A DNA stretch of 64,000 bases from Planctomycetota bacterium. GTDB taxonomy: Bacteria > Planctomycetota > PLA2 > JAEUHO01. The notes under the pieces were generated by a model, which worked only from the letters and a program-made list of their open reading frames with translations, was not told where the DNA came from and searched no databases. Shown one piece after another: positions 1-11,794 of the stretch. Each line of letters starts with the position of its first letter. Positions within the stretch are counted from its first letter, which is position 1. Where the stretch lies: positions 90,400 to 154,399 of the forward strand of contig CBDCWP010000031.1 in assembly GCA_965223505.1 (NCBI GenBank), read 5' to 3'. The position numbers and the translations under genes were made by a program.

Positions 1-358
1 GCAAACCCGCCGAGAGGTCGCTGAAGTTGGCATCCGGGTCGAGACCGATGCGCGAGACGGCCGTGTGCGCGGCTCGTTCGTCGGCGCCGCCGGCGAGCAC
101 GACGTCCAGCACGCTCCCGGCCATGCCAGCGGGCACGTCCTGCTCGAGCGTGGCGACGCGCAAGCCGGACGATCGAACGACCTCGCCCTCGTCGGGCTCC
201 GTCACGCCCTGGATGACCTTCAGCAGCGTCGTCTTGCCGCTGCCGTTGCGTCCGAGCAGGCAGAGCCGTTCCTTGCGCTCGATGACGAGATCGACGCCGG
301 CGAGGACGGGCGGGCCGCCGAAGGCGACGACGACGTTGCTGAGCTGGAGAAGCGGCAC
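1..358 (-). CDS. ABC-F family ATP-binding protein (Uup-like), 5' part only; runs off window start
   Basis: Minus-strand translation from GTG at 358: [46 protein letters not shown]...LEQD, with Walker A and Q-loop typical of ABC-F N-termini. Missing from the ORF track because it is truncated. Confidence 0.8.
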   Translation of the reverse strand, partial: MPLLQLSNVVVAFGGPPVLAGVDLVIERKERLCLLGRNGSGKTTLLKVIQGVTEPDEGEVVRSSGLRVATLEQDVPAGMAGSVLDVVLAGGADERAAHTAVSRIGLDPDANFSDLSAGL

Positions 359-392
359 CCGCGTAGCTTCGCAGACGAACCGCTCGAGACCG

Positions 393-710
393 TCAGGCGT
401 CCCAGAGCGACGACGCGGCGACGCGCCGCCGGTCGTCGAACACGACACCCTCGGCTTCGAGGATGAGGCGCTGGAGACGCTCGCCGGCGGGATCGCCTCT
501 GTCGCTGATCCGGCGCTGGGCGTTCACGATGCGATGCCAAGGAACGCCGGAGTCCTCGGAGAGCCGTCGAAGCGCGGCGCCGACCATCCGTGCCGTACAG
601 CCGTGCACCTGTGCGGCGATCTGACCGTAGGTCGCGACGCGTCCTTCAGGTACGGCGCAGACGGCCTCGTGGATGCGCGCATCGAGCCACGGAAGTCGCG
701 ACGAGCCCAT
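393..710 (-). CDS. Alkyltransferase-like (ATL/YbaZ, MGMT family) DNA-binding protein
   Basis: C-terminal 105 aa of ORF 393..2444: [13 protein letters not shown]...ARMVGAAL...PWHRIVN (Trp replaces the catalytic Cys of PCHR). ATG overlaps the upstream stop (TGATG). Confidence 0.9.
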   Translation of the reverse strand: MGSSRLPWLDARIHEAVCAVPEGRVATYGQIAAQVHGCTARMVGAALRRLSEDSGVPWHRIVNAQRRISDRGDPAGERLQRLILEAEGVVFDDRRRVAASSLWDA

Positions 711-1414
711 CACCGCGGCGGATCGTGCCGGTACACGAAAAGGCGCGACTTCTGCGCGTCGCGCGTCGGCACCTCTCCTGCGGGGGCGACGAAGTCCCAC
801 TCGCCGACGTAGTTCCGGTCGCCGGTGGGCAGGAGATAGTAGATCGTCAAGGCCCGGGGATGCGCGTCGAGCGAGCTCTTGATCCGGTCCCGCACCGCGT
901 CGATCACCGGCGGATAGAAGGGGTTGAACAGGAAGGCGATGGACATGTCGTCGGGCGGGTCGAACGTCATGGCGTTGCCGCCGACGACCTCGACGTCGTC
1001 GCACTTGCGGCCCTTGATGCGCGGGATGTTGTCCTGCGCCGTGGCGCTCAGCGCTTCGGAGAGCTCGATCCCCACGATGCGTCGAAACGGATGTTGCGCC
1101 GCCGCCGCGACGATGCGGCCCTTGCCCGATCCGTAGTCGACGAGAACGTCCTCCCCCGGGCGGATCGTCATGTGGGCGAGGGCACGGCGCACCAGCGGAT
1201 AGGGGGTCGGCTCGTAGTGGGCCGAGGTGTCGTCCTGGCCGAGGTCGGCGCGATCGACATATCCCTTGGTGTGTACGCCGAGGCGCCACTCGTGAAACTC
1301 CTCGTTCAGGCGGAAGCGCGTCCAGCGCAGCGTGCTGCGAAGCCCCTGCTCCCGTGTGCGACGCACGACCTTGCCGACGAATCCGAGCACGAGCCCCTCC
1401 GAGGAGCGCGGCAT
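710..1414 (-). CDS. Class I SAM-dependent methyltransferase
   Basis: YEPTPY, VDYGSGKGR (motif I), VGIELS, FLFNPF motifs. Confidence 0.85.
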   Translation of the reverse strand: MPRSSEGLVLGFVGKVVRRTREQGLRSTLRWTRFRLNEEFHEWRLGVHTKGYVDRADLGQDDTSAHYEPTPYPLVRRALAHMTIRPGEDVLVDYGSGKGRIVAAAAQHPFRRIVGIELSEALSATAQDNIPRIKGRKCDDVEVVGGNAMTFDPPDDMSIAFLFNPFYPPVIDAVRDRIKSSLDAHPRALTIYYLLPTGDRNYVGEWDFVAPAGEVPTRDAQKSRLFVYRHDPPR

Positions 1415-1429
1415 TGTAGAGGGGGTGCG

Positions 1430-2524
1430 CTACACGGTCGCTCGCGGCCGCGACGGACGACCGGACACCGGACTGTTCGAAAGCGCGGCCCGCTCGAGCT
1501 CGAGCAGCCGCTGCTTGCGCCAGACGCCGCCGCCGTATCCGGACAGCGAACCGTCCGATCGAACGACGCGGTGGCACGGAATCACGATCGCGATGCGGTT
1601 CTGACCGTTCGCCGAGCCCACGGCGCGACTCGCGCCCGGACGACCGACGTGCTCCGCCACCTCTCCGTAGCTCTGGGTCGCGCCGTACGGAATCGTTCGA
1701 AGGTGCGTCCACACGGCTTGCTGAAACGGCGTCGGCCGCGTGTCGAGCGCAACGTCGAAGGCGGTGAGTCGGCCCGCGAAATACGCCGCCAGCTCCCGCT
1801 CGACCTGTGCGAGGTGTTCGTTGCTGCCGGGCACGACCGATCGGCGGAACCGAGTGCGCACCTGCTGCAGCTCCCGCTCCAACGCGCGCCGGTCGACGAA
1901 CTCGAGCAGCACGAGACCGTGCTCGGAGGCGATGGCGATCATCGGTCCGAGCGGGCTCGAGATCCACGCTGCCGTCAGCGCCTCCTTCGAGCGCGACGCA
2001 CCGGGCGGCATGCCGAACACCTTCGCGAACGCGTCCCGGAAGCCGCTTTCGGACTCGTAGCCCGCGTCGACGCCGGCTGCCGAGATCCCTGCGCCTCGCG
2101 AGAGCGCACGCATCGCGATACCCAGCCGCCAGGCGCGCTGAAATGCCTGAAAGGTCACCCCGAAGTGCCGCACAAAGTAGCGCCGCACCGTCGCCGGGTT
2201 CAGGCCCTCTTCGATGAGCTCGCGATCGCGGATGCGGCGGTTCGGCGCACTGCCGACGCTGCGGATGAGACGAGCCGCCCACGACGGGCGGTCCGGATCC
2301 CGGTCGAGCGGACGGCACACTTTGCACGGCCGATAGCCGGCATGGAGGGCGGCCGCCGCGGTCGAAACGAACTCGACGTTCTGCGGCTTCGGCTTTCGGG
2401 CACGGCAGACAGGACGACAGAAGATGCCGGTGGTCCGAACACACGCGAAGAACAGCCCGTCGTACGACGCGTCGCGCCGCACCAGCGCGTCGAACATCTC
2501 AGGGTCGGGCGGAAGCGTCTGCAC
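1430..2524 (-). CDS. ada: Bifunctional Ada transcriptional activator / O6-methylguanine-DNA methyltransferase
   Basis: N-terminal Zn site TTGIFCRPVC...RPCKVC, AraC HTH (GYESESGFRDAF), C-terminal IPCHRVV active site. Confidence 0.95.
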   Translation of the reverse strand: MQTLPPDPEMFDALVRRDASYDGLFFACVRTTGIFCRPVCRARKPKPQNVEFVSTAAAALHAGYRPCKVCRPLDRDPDRPSWAARLIRSVGSAPNRRIRDRELIEEGLNPATVRRYFVRHFGVTFQAFQRAWRLGIAMRALSRGAGISAAGVDAGYESESGFRDAFAKVFGMPPGASRSKEALTAAWISSPLGPMIAIASEHGLVLLEFVDRRALERELQQVRTRFRRSVVPGSNEHLAQVERELAAYFAGRLTAFDVALDTRPTPFQQAVWTHLRTIPYGATQSYGEVAEHVGRPGASRAVGSANGQNRIAIVIPCHRVVRSDGSLSGYGGGVWRKQRLLELERAALSNSPVSGRPSRPRATV

Positions 2525-2595
2525 GGCCGGAGTCTAGCGACCGGTCGAACGGCCTCCACCGCGCATCGGACGACCAATTCGGATTCCCACCGGTG

Positions 2596-4041
2596 TCATG
2601 CGCTGGAATGCTCCTCGACCCGCCGCGCCGCGGCGTTCGCCACGAGAAGTTGCCAGCGCGCGTCGTGTCGAAACAGCTTGTGTCGAATCGGCTCGCGGAA
2701 GAGCGGCAGCCACGCCCACATGAGCCGGACGAGCGAATACCCCACGCTCATTCCGAAGATGCCGAAGAGCACCGGAAATGCACTCATCCACTCGGGAAGG
2801 GGCCGGCCGATGTACCTCGTGGCCCCGACCGTCAAGCCGCCCACGAGCAGACACCCGACCAGCGCCATCAACGCGAGGTTGAGGGCGCGTACCGTGCGTT
2901 CGACCCTGGGACCGTCGATCACGGAGGCACGCACCTCGCCCTTCGGGAAGATGCGCGAGAGGATCCACGCGAAGGCGCCCAGCAGGATGTAGCTGTCAAT
3001 CGCGAGCTCGGATCCCATCGCGTGCGCCATTACGACGTGCGTGCCGTGAATGAGCGCGTTGAACGGCGGGACCGAGATCAAGAGCGCCACGGGCAAGAGG
3101 AAGACGTTCCAGTGCTTGGACAGCGACAGGAAGCGCTTCGCGGCCCCGAAGGACGCGCCGAGGACCTTCGGCCGCCCGAGCTTGCCCACGATGTCTCGCA
3201 AGAGGCTCCAGAGGATGATGATCTCGAGCATGCTCACGACGAACGCGACCCACTTGACGAGATGCGACTGCGGTAGGTGGTAGGTGTGGTGCGTGTAGTT
3301 CGTGAACGAGTTCAGCAATCCCAGTCCGAACAGGGCGAATGCCGAACGTGACTGCGCCACGGAGCGGTCGCGTGAGAGGCGTTCGCCCACGTACAGCAGC
3401 GAGCCGTACACCATCTGGTTGAACGACGCGACCAGTGTCCCGCACGACTTCCACTGGATCTGGAGGTCGGCAACGGGCTGCGAGCTCACGAACGGCAGAA
3501 GGTGCGCATGGCCTTCCGCGAAGGTGTACACGAACAAGCAGGCGCCGGCGGTCCACATGTACACGTAGACGGGCCTGGACCAGAAGCCGCGCCGGACACG
3601 GCGCAGAAACGTCCAGAGGAACAAGACCCAACCGACCAAGATCGATACGGATATCAGCGGATGGAATCCGAGGTACTCCCGGCCCGAGGTGATTCCGAGC
3701 GGCAGCGTGACGATCGTCGCGATGCCTGCCAGACCCCAGCAGACCATGTGCGCCCGATACCGGCGCCGTTCGCCGCGATTCGGTTCGCCGAAGGTCTCGA
3801 AGAGGAACCAGTACATGCAAGCGACGCAGCCCAGGTAGATCCAGGCCGAGGCGAAGGTCGTGTGCAACGGTCGGATCTGGACGAGGCTGATGCCCGCGTT
3901 CGCCATCGGCCGTGAGAACGCGGGAACGTAGTACAGCGCACCGAGCGCGCCCATCAGGACGGACAGGAGCATGCAGGCGAACGCACAGGCCATCGCCACC
4001 AGCACCATGCGCTCGCCGGACTTGAAGACGGGGTCGTTCAC
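2596..4041 (-). CDS. Heme-copper oxidase superfamily subunit I, NorB (cNOR)-like but with non-canonical active site
   Basis: Multi-TM protein. RPLHT matches NorB R57/H60; GREY, THHTY, SMLE and HGTHVVMAHAM align to NorB landmarks. Start set at GTG 4041, which overlaps the upstream stop (GTGA). Confidence 0.85.
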   Translation of the reverse strand: MNDPVFKSGERMVLVAMACAFACMLLSVLMGALGALYYVPAFSRPMANAGISLVQIRPLHTTFASAWIYLGCVACMYWFLFETFGEPNRGERRRYRAHMVCWGLAGIATIVTLPLGITSGREYLGFHPLISVSILVGWVLFLWTFLRRVRRGFWSRPVYVYMWTAGACLFVYTFAEGHAHLLPFVSSQPVADLQIQWKSCGTLVASFNQMVYGSLLYVGERLSRDRSVAQSRSAFALFGLGLLNSFTNYTHHTYHLPQSHLVKWVAFVVSMLEIIILWSLLRDIVGKLGRPKVLGASFGAAKRFLSLSKHWNVFLLPVALLISVPPFNALIHGTHVVMAHAMGSELAIDSYILLGAFAWILSRIFPKGEVRASVIDGPRVERTVRALNLALMALVGCLLVGGLTVGATRYIGRPLPEWMSAFPVLFGIFGMSVGYSLVRLMWAWLPLFREPIRHKLFRHDARWQLLVANAAARRVEEHSSA

Positions 4042-4805
4042 TTGTACTCGAACCACGGAAGGCCGTCCGTGGTCTCCTGCGCCTTGGGGGCGGCATCGCG
4101 AAACGACGCATGAATGGACTCCGCGTTCGCGCCCAACCAAGTCAAGAAGTCCAGGAGGTCGTCACGCTCCTGCGGAGCGAGGGCGAACCGCGGCATGCCC
4201 TTCGACGGGATCCCGTTGGCCAGCATGGCGGCGACGCCTTCGCGTCCGAGCTTCGTGATCAGGTGCGTGAGATCGGTTCCCTTGTGCTCGGCCATGGGGT
4301 TGGGGAGATGGCAGCCGATGCACTTCTGCGCGAAGAGCACGTCGCGGCCGTGCGCCTGCGCCGGGGTCATGAACACGCCGTCTTCGACCGCTCGCGACAC
4401 CGCCTCTGCCAGTACCTCCGCGCCGTCGAAACCGCGATACGGCGGCAGCTGGCCGCGGCCGGTCTCGTGGACCTCGGCCAGAAACGCCTCAATTGCCCGG
4501 CGGTCTGCGTCACTCAGGTCGAACGCCGGCATCTGGCCGGCGCCGATGGTGAGGACGGTGTCGACCCGTGCGCGGGTCAGGCGTTCCGTCGCGTTGGTGA
4601 GGTCGGGCCCGAGGAACCCGCCGAATCCGTAGATCTGATGGCAGCTCTGACAGTTGTGGCGGTGCCAGACATCGCGGCCCGCGGACGCCTGACCCGACAA
4701 CGCCGCCGTCGCCCGGCCCGCGGGATCCGTGTACACCAGCCAACCTTGCAGAAAGAACACGGCCACCAGACTGACGAGGAGAACCTGGCGGGCGCGCGTG
4801 CTCAT
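4038..4805 (-). CDS. NorC-like membrane-anchored diheme cytochrome c
   Basis: N-terminal TM; GRDVWHRHNCQSCHQIYGFGGFLGPDLT...MPAF resembles NorC; second CxxCH (CIGCH) followed by GMPRF. Confidence 0.85.
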   Translation of the reverse strand: MSTRARQVLLVSLVAVFFLQGWLVYTDPAGRATAALSGQASAGRDVWHRHNCQSCHQIYGFGGFLGPDLTNATERLTRARVDTVLTIGAGQMPAFDLSDADRRAIEAFLAEVHETGRGQLPPYRGFDGAEVLAEAVSRAVEDGVFMTPAQAHGRDVLFAQKCIGCHLPNPMAEHKGTDLTHLITKLGREGVAAMLANGIPSKGMPRFALAPQERDDLLDFLTWLGANAESIHASFRDAAPKAQETTDGLPWFEYK

Positions 4806-5536
4806 CTACGTTCGGTGAGCTCCGAGTTCGTGGCGACGTAGATCGTATCCGTTTGGTCGTCGTCGATCATCGGGTTGAACACGACGATCTCGTGCGTCGC
4901 GACGTCGGCGAACGCGGTCGAGAGCAGCCGGGTGAAGGCGTCGTTCGTCGCACCCGCCGACCACAGCGCGAACACGCCGCCCGGCGACAGCAACGCCGCC
5001 GCCGATGCCATCGCGCCGCGCTCGTAGAAGCGACCGTGCGCCGGACCCAGCCAGGCGTCGGGCGCATGGTCGATGTCCACGAGGATCGCGCCGTACCCGC
5101 CGGCGACCGCGATCTCGCTCTCCGCACCCCGGCCGACGAGCGCGAAAAAGTCGCCTTGACGCAGCGTGCAGCGTTCGTGCCCGCACAAGGACGCCCCGAG
5201 CGGAACGAGACCCGTTTGGTGCCACTCGATGACCTCCGGCAACAGATCGACGACCGTGACGCTGCGCGCGCGCTCGTCGCCGAGCGCGGCCCATGCCGTG
5301 TACCCGAGGCCGAGCCCGCCGACCAGCACGTCGAACGGTTCATCCGGCGCGTCAGCGAGCGCAAGCAGAGAGAGCTGCTGCTCCGACTCGTTGAGCCAGC
5401 TCGACATCAACAGGTCGTCATTGAGCTTGATCTCGTAGATGGGCTCGGGGCCGAGCCCCGGCACCGTCCTGCGACGCAGCACGAGCTCGCCCAACGCGCA
5501 CTGACGGACGTCGAGCTCTTCGTAGGTGGTGCTCAT
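4802..5536 (-). CDS. Spermidine synthase-like SAM-binding methyltransferase
   Basis: LLMSS...SE, VLVGGLGLGYT, AILVDIDHAP, LSPGGVFALWS; start at MSTTYEELD. Confidence 0.8.
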   Translation of the reverse strand: MSTTYEELDVRQCALGELVLRRRTVPGLGPEPIYEIKLNDDLLMSSWLNESEQQLSLLALADAPDEPFDVLVGGLGLGYTAWAALGDERARSVTVVDLLPEVIEWHQTGLVPLGASLCGHERCTLRQGDFFALVGRGAESEIAVAGGYGAILVDIDHAPDAWLGPAHGRFYERGAMASAAALLSPGGVFALWSAGATNDAFTRLLSTAFADVATHEIVVFNPMIDDDQTDTIYVATNSELTERR

Positions 5537-5562
5537 GGAACGCGCATCGTCGATGCGTCGGG

Positions 5563-6744
5563 TCAATTCGAGCCAGGGAAATCGAAGCCGTCCGCGCGCT
5601 TGCCCGGCGACATCGGCTTTCCCACCGCCTCCGGCAACGTGTCATGGCGGACATAGCCGCCGGGCGCGCTTGCCGGCGTCGGCTGCCAGCGGCCGTCGAC
5701 GTCGTTGTTGAGACTCACGCCCGGCACGGTGCTCTGCCCGGCATACGAAACGCGGAACAGCTCCAACGCGCCGATGCGTAGGACGACGTGGTCGCCGCCG
5801 TTGTTCAGACCCAGTGTTCCGGTCGAAGCCGTCTGCGCATGTCCGGTCGCGTGGCGCGGCGCGAAGCCCGTCGGCGTTCCGGCGCCGAAGACGACGATCG
5901 AGCCACCGATGGGCAGCGTCGTCGGATTCGGAAACGCGTGTCGCAGGGTCGAGGCGTCGTGGACCGTGAGGCCGCTCAGGTCGAGGGGCCGCCGACTCAC
6001 GTTGACCAGCTCGACGAACTCGTCGGACGTGGCGCTCGCAACGCCGTCGTCGTTCGCATCGACGCCGCCGGGGTTCGCGAGCAACTCGTTGACGATCAGG
6101 TCCCCGGCATCGACGGCTTCGGAGTGGAAGAGCATCGCGGACGCAGACCGAGCGCCCTGTGAGAGCACGACGTGGACATCCTCATTCACGACGATGCCGG
6201 GGGGAACACGGGCGATGAGCGTCGTCTCGCCGACCACGTCGACGGACGATGCCTCCACGCCGCCGAACGCGACCACGGGACTCTCGAGCGAACCGAATCC
6301 GCTTGCCTCGATCGTGATGCGAGTCCCACCCGAGGTTGCGTGATGACTTCCGATCCCGGGTCGAATCGAGATCCGCGGTGGGGGCGGGTCGTACGCGAAG
6401 AGGTCCGGCGCGTGTGCGGCGCGTTGATCGAGGATCACGCTCACGTTCGCAGCGCCCTCGCTGCCGGCCGGAAGCACCACCTCGATCGCTTCGTCCGACA
6501 CCACGCGGGCGGACACCCGGCGAACGCCGATGACCGCGAATGCCGTCGCCGGCGACCCGGCCGCAAGGAAGCCCTCGCCGCGAAGGACGAGCGGCGTGCC
6601 GCCGTGGACGGGGCCGGTCGAAGGTTCCACAGCGGCGAGCACCAACGGTGCGGACCCGATCGGAGGCGGTGTCGATCCACCGCACCCGGCCAGCCAGGGG
6701 ATCACAAGCAGGAGACAGGCGTAGGAGCGCAGCGAGGCGTGCAT
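5563..6744 (-). CDS. Lipoprotein with two IPT/TIG domains and a lamin-tail domain
   Basis: Lipobox LAGC; VEPSTGPVHGGTPLVLRGEGF and GGTRITIEASGF (IPT/TIG); LIVNELLANP...DEFVELVN...LDLSG...LNNGGD (LTD). Confidence 0.8.
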   Translation of the reverse strand: MHASLRSYACLLLVIPWLAGCGGSTPPPIGSAPLVLAAVEPSTGPVHGGTPLVLRGEGFLAAGSPATAFAVIGVRRVSARVVSDEAIEVVLPAGSEGAANVSVILDQRAAHAPDLFAYDPPPPRISIRPGIGSHHATSGGTRITIEASGFGSLESPVVAFGGVEASSVDVVGETTLIARVPPGIVVNEDVHVVLSQGARSASAMLFHSEAVDAGDLIVNELLANPGGVDANDDGVASATSDEFVELVNVSRRPLDLSGLTVHDASTLRHAFPNPTTLPIGGSIVVFGAGTPTGFAPRHATGHAQTASTGTLGLNNGGDHVVLRIGALELFRVSYAGQSTVPGVSLNNDVDGRWQPTPASAPGGYVRHDTLPEAVGKPMSPGKRADGFDFPGSN

Positions 6745-6911
6745 GCCGTGACATCGCGCGGGTCGACGCGGGGGATACGCGTGCCGCGCGACCGGTGCGG
6801 CCGCGTCGAGAGGCCGATCTCCTCGGGCCTCGCGGATTTCCGCTGAAAACCTGCGGACCGCGTCCGCTGACCGCGCATTCCCCCGCAGACCTCGCCACCA
6901 AGGAGAATGAC

Positions 6912-7745
6912 ATGGGTACATCGATTCGACGCAAGAGCCGCGGCTTCCGGCTGGGTGCGCGCCTCCTGCAGAGCGCGCTCGTATGTGCCGCCCTACTCGT
7001 CGCCGGCTGCGGCGGCGGGGGCGGATCGTCCGGCGTCGGCGGCGCCACCGGCATCGGCTTCCTCCCGACCAGCCTCAACCAGGCGGCCTATCGCGGCGGG
7101 AACGTCTACGAGTACGGATACCGTTCCTTCGCGAACATCGACTTCACGGGCGCACCCGCGGACACCGACTACTCGCGCTGGGCAATGCTGCACGACGGAT
7201 CCACGTACCGCCTGTTCTTCGGCCGCCTCAACCGCTCGTCGATCTACCAGTTCGGTTACAACCCCGCTTCGGGGGACTACGAGTACGGCTTCAACTCGAT
7301 CGACGAGATCGCGGTCACCGGCTTCCCGGCCGACGCCGACCGTTCGTCCTTCAAGATGCTCCACGACGGGGCGCGCTACCGGATCTTCATGCGCAGCCTC
7401 TCGGACCCGCGAAACCTCTATCAAGGCGCCTTCAACTCGTCCACCGGATCGTACGTGTACGGCTTCGCTTCCATCGACCGGATCAGCACGACCGGACTGC
7501 CGGCCGACGCCGACCTCTCGCGCTGGGCGATGCTGTACGACGGGAGCGTGTACCGACAGTACGTGGGAAGGGTGGGCCGGCCGGATGCGATGTATCAGTG
7601 CGGGTTCGACGGCCGCACCTACGACTTCGGCCATCGCTCGATCTCGTCGTTGTCGATCTCCGGCATGCCGGCCAGCAGTGACACGCGCAGCGTCTCGATG
7701 CTCCACGACGGAACCGACTACCGCCTCTTCCACCTGTCCGACTAG
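6912..7745 (+). CDS. Lipoprotein with four ~57-aa tandem repeats, function unknown
   Basis: AGGAGA RBS at 6901; lipobox VAGC; four repeats of YQ..(Y/F)...Y.(Y/F)G..S...I...G.PA..D......ML(H/Y)DG..YR. Confidence 0.75.
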   Translation: MGTSIRRKSRGFRLGARLLQSALVCAALLVAGCGGGGGSSGVGGATGIGFLPTSLNQAAYRGGNVYEYGYRSFANIDFTGAPADTDYSRWAMLHDGSTYRLFFGRLNRSSIYQFGYNPASGDYEYGFNSIDEIAVTGFPADADRSSFKMLHDGARYRIFMRSLSDPRNLYQGAFNSSTGSYVYGFASIDRISTTGLPADADLSRWAMLYDGSVYRQYVGRVGRPDAMYQCGFDGRTYDFGHRSISSLSISGMPASSDTRSVSMLHDGTDYRLFHLSD

Positions 7746-7810
7746 CTCGTCATGCGAGCAGGATGGCCACCGAGGGCGGCGTCGGGATGGCGCCGCCCGT
7801 GCTGCGTTCC

Positions 7811-11149
<3,339 letters not shown>

Positions 11150-11208
11150 GAAGTCAGCCTCGCAAGGAACGACGGGCGCGGCAAGCCGGTACACTCCCGG
11201 CGGGAGGC

Positions 11209-11794
11209 GTGTCTGAGCATCCAACCCGATCCCGGCGAGGTCACACGGTTGCTGCGCGCGATGCAGGCGGGCGACACGGGCGCCGCGGACGAGCTGCTTC
11301 CCGCCGTCTACGACGAGCTGCGCGGGCTGGCGCGCCGCTATTTCGCCGCCGAGCGCGCCGAGCACACGCTGCAACCCACCGCGCTCGTGCACGAGGTCTA
11401 CATCCGCATCGCCGACCAGACCGCGAGCACCTGGAAGGACAAGGCGCACTTCCTCGGGATCGCCGCGCGCGTCATGCGGCAGATCCTCGTCGATCACGCG
11501 CGCCGCAAGAGCGCGAAGAAACGCAGCGGCAAGCGCGAGCTCGTGACGCTCGACGCGCAGCCCGACGACGAGGCGGCCTCGGCGGTGGACGTCGAAGCCG
11601 TCGACCTCGCCATCGAGAAACTGTCGTCGCTGGATGCGCGCAAGGCGCGCGTCGTCGAGCTGCGCATCTTTGCGGGCATGACGATGGAAGAGGTTGCCGA
11701 AGCCCTTGCGGTCTCCAAGCGCACCGTCGAGGGAGACTGGGCATTCGCCAGCGCGTGGTTGCGCGGCGAGCTCGAGCGCTCGAGCCAGTCCTAG
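11209..11794 (+). CDS. ECF sigma-70 factor, planctomycete TIGR02999 type; start uncertain (probable +1 homopolymer error near 11225)
   Basis: EVTRLL...LLPAVYDELRGLARRY...HTLQPTALVHEVY...ARVMRQILVDHAR...RVVELRIFAGMTMEEVAEAL...DWAFASAWL; GGAGG precedes GTG 11209. Confidence 0.9.

Noticed and set aside
2596..4041. Calling the gene canonical norB, ccoN or NO dismutase
   Set aside because: It lacks the helix VI His/Glu and HxH of NorB/CcoN. NOD is a long single-subunit qNOR derivative, whereas this protein is short with a separate cytochrome c.
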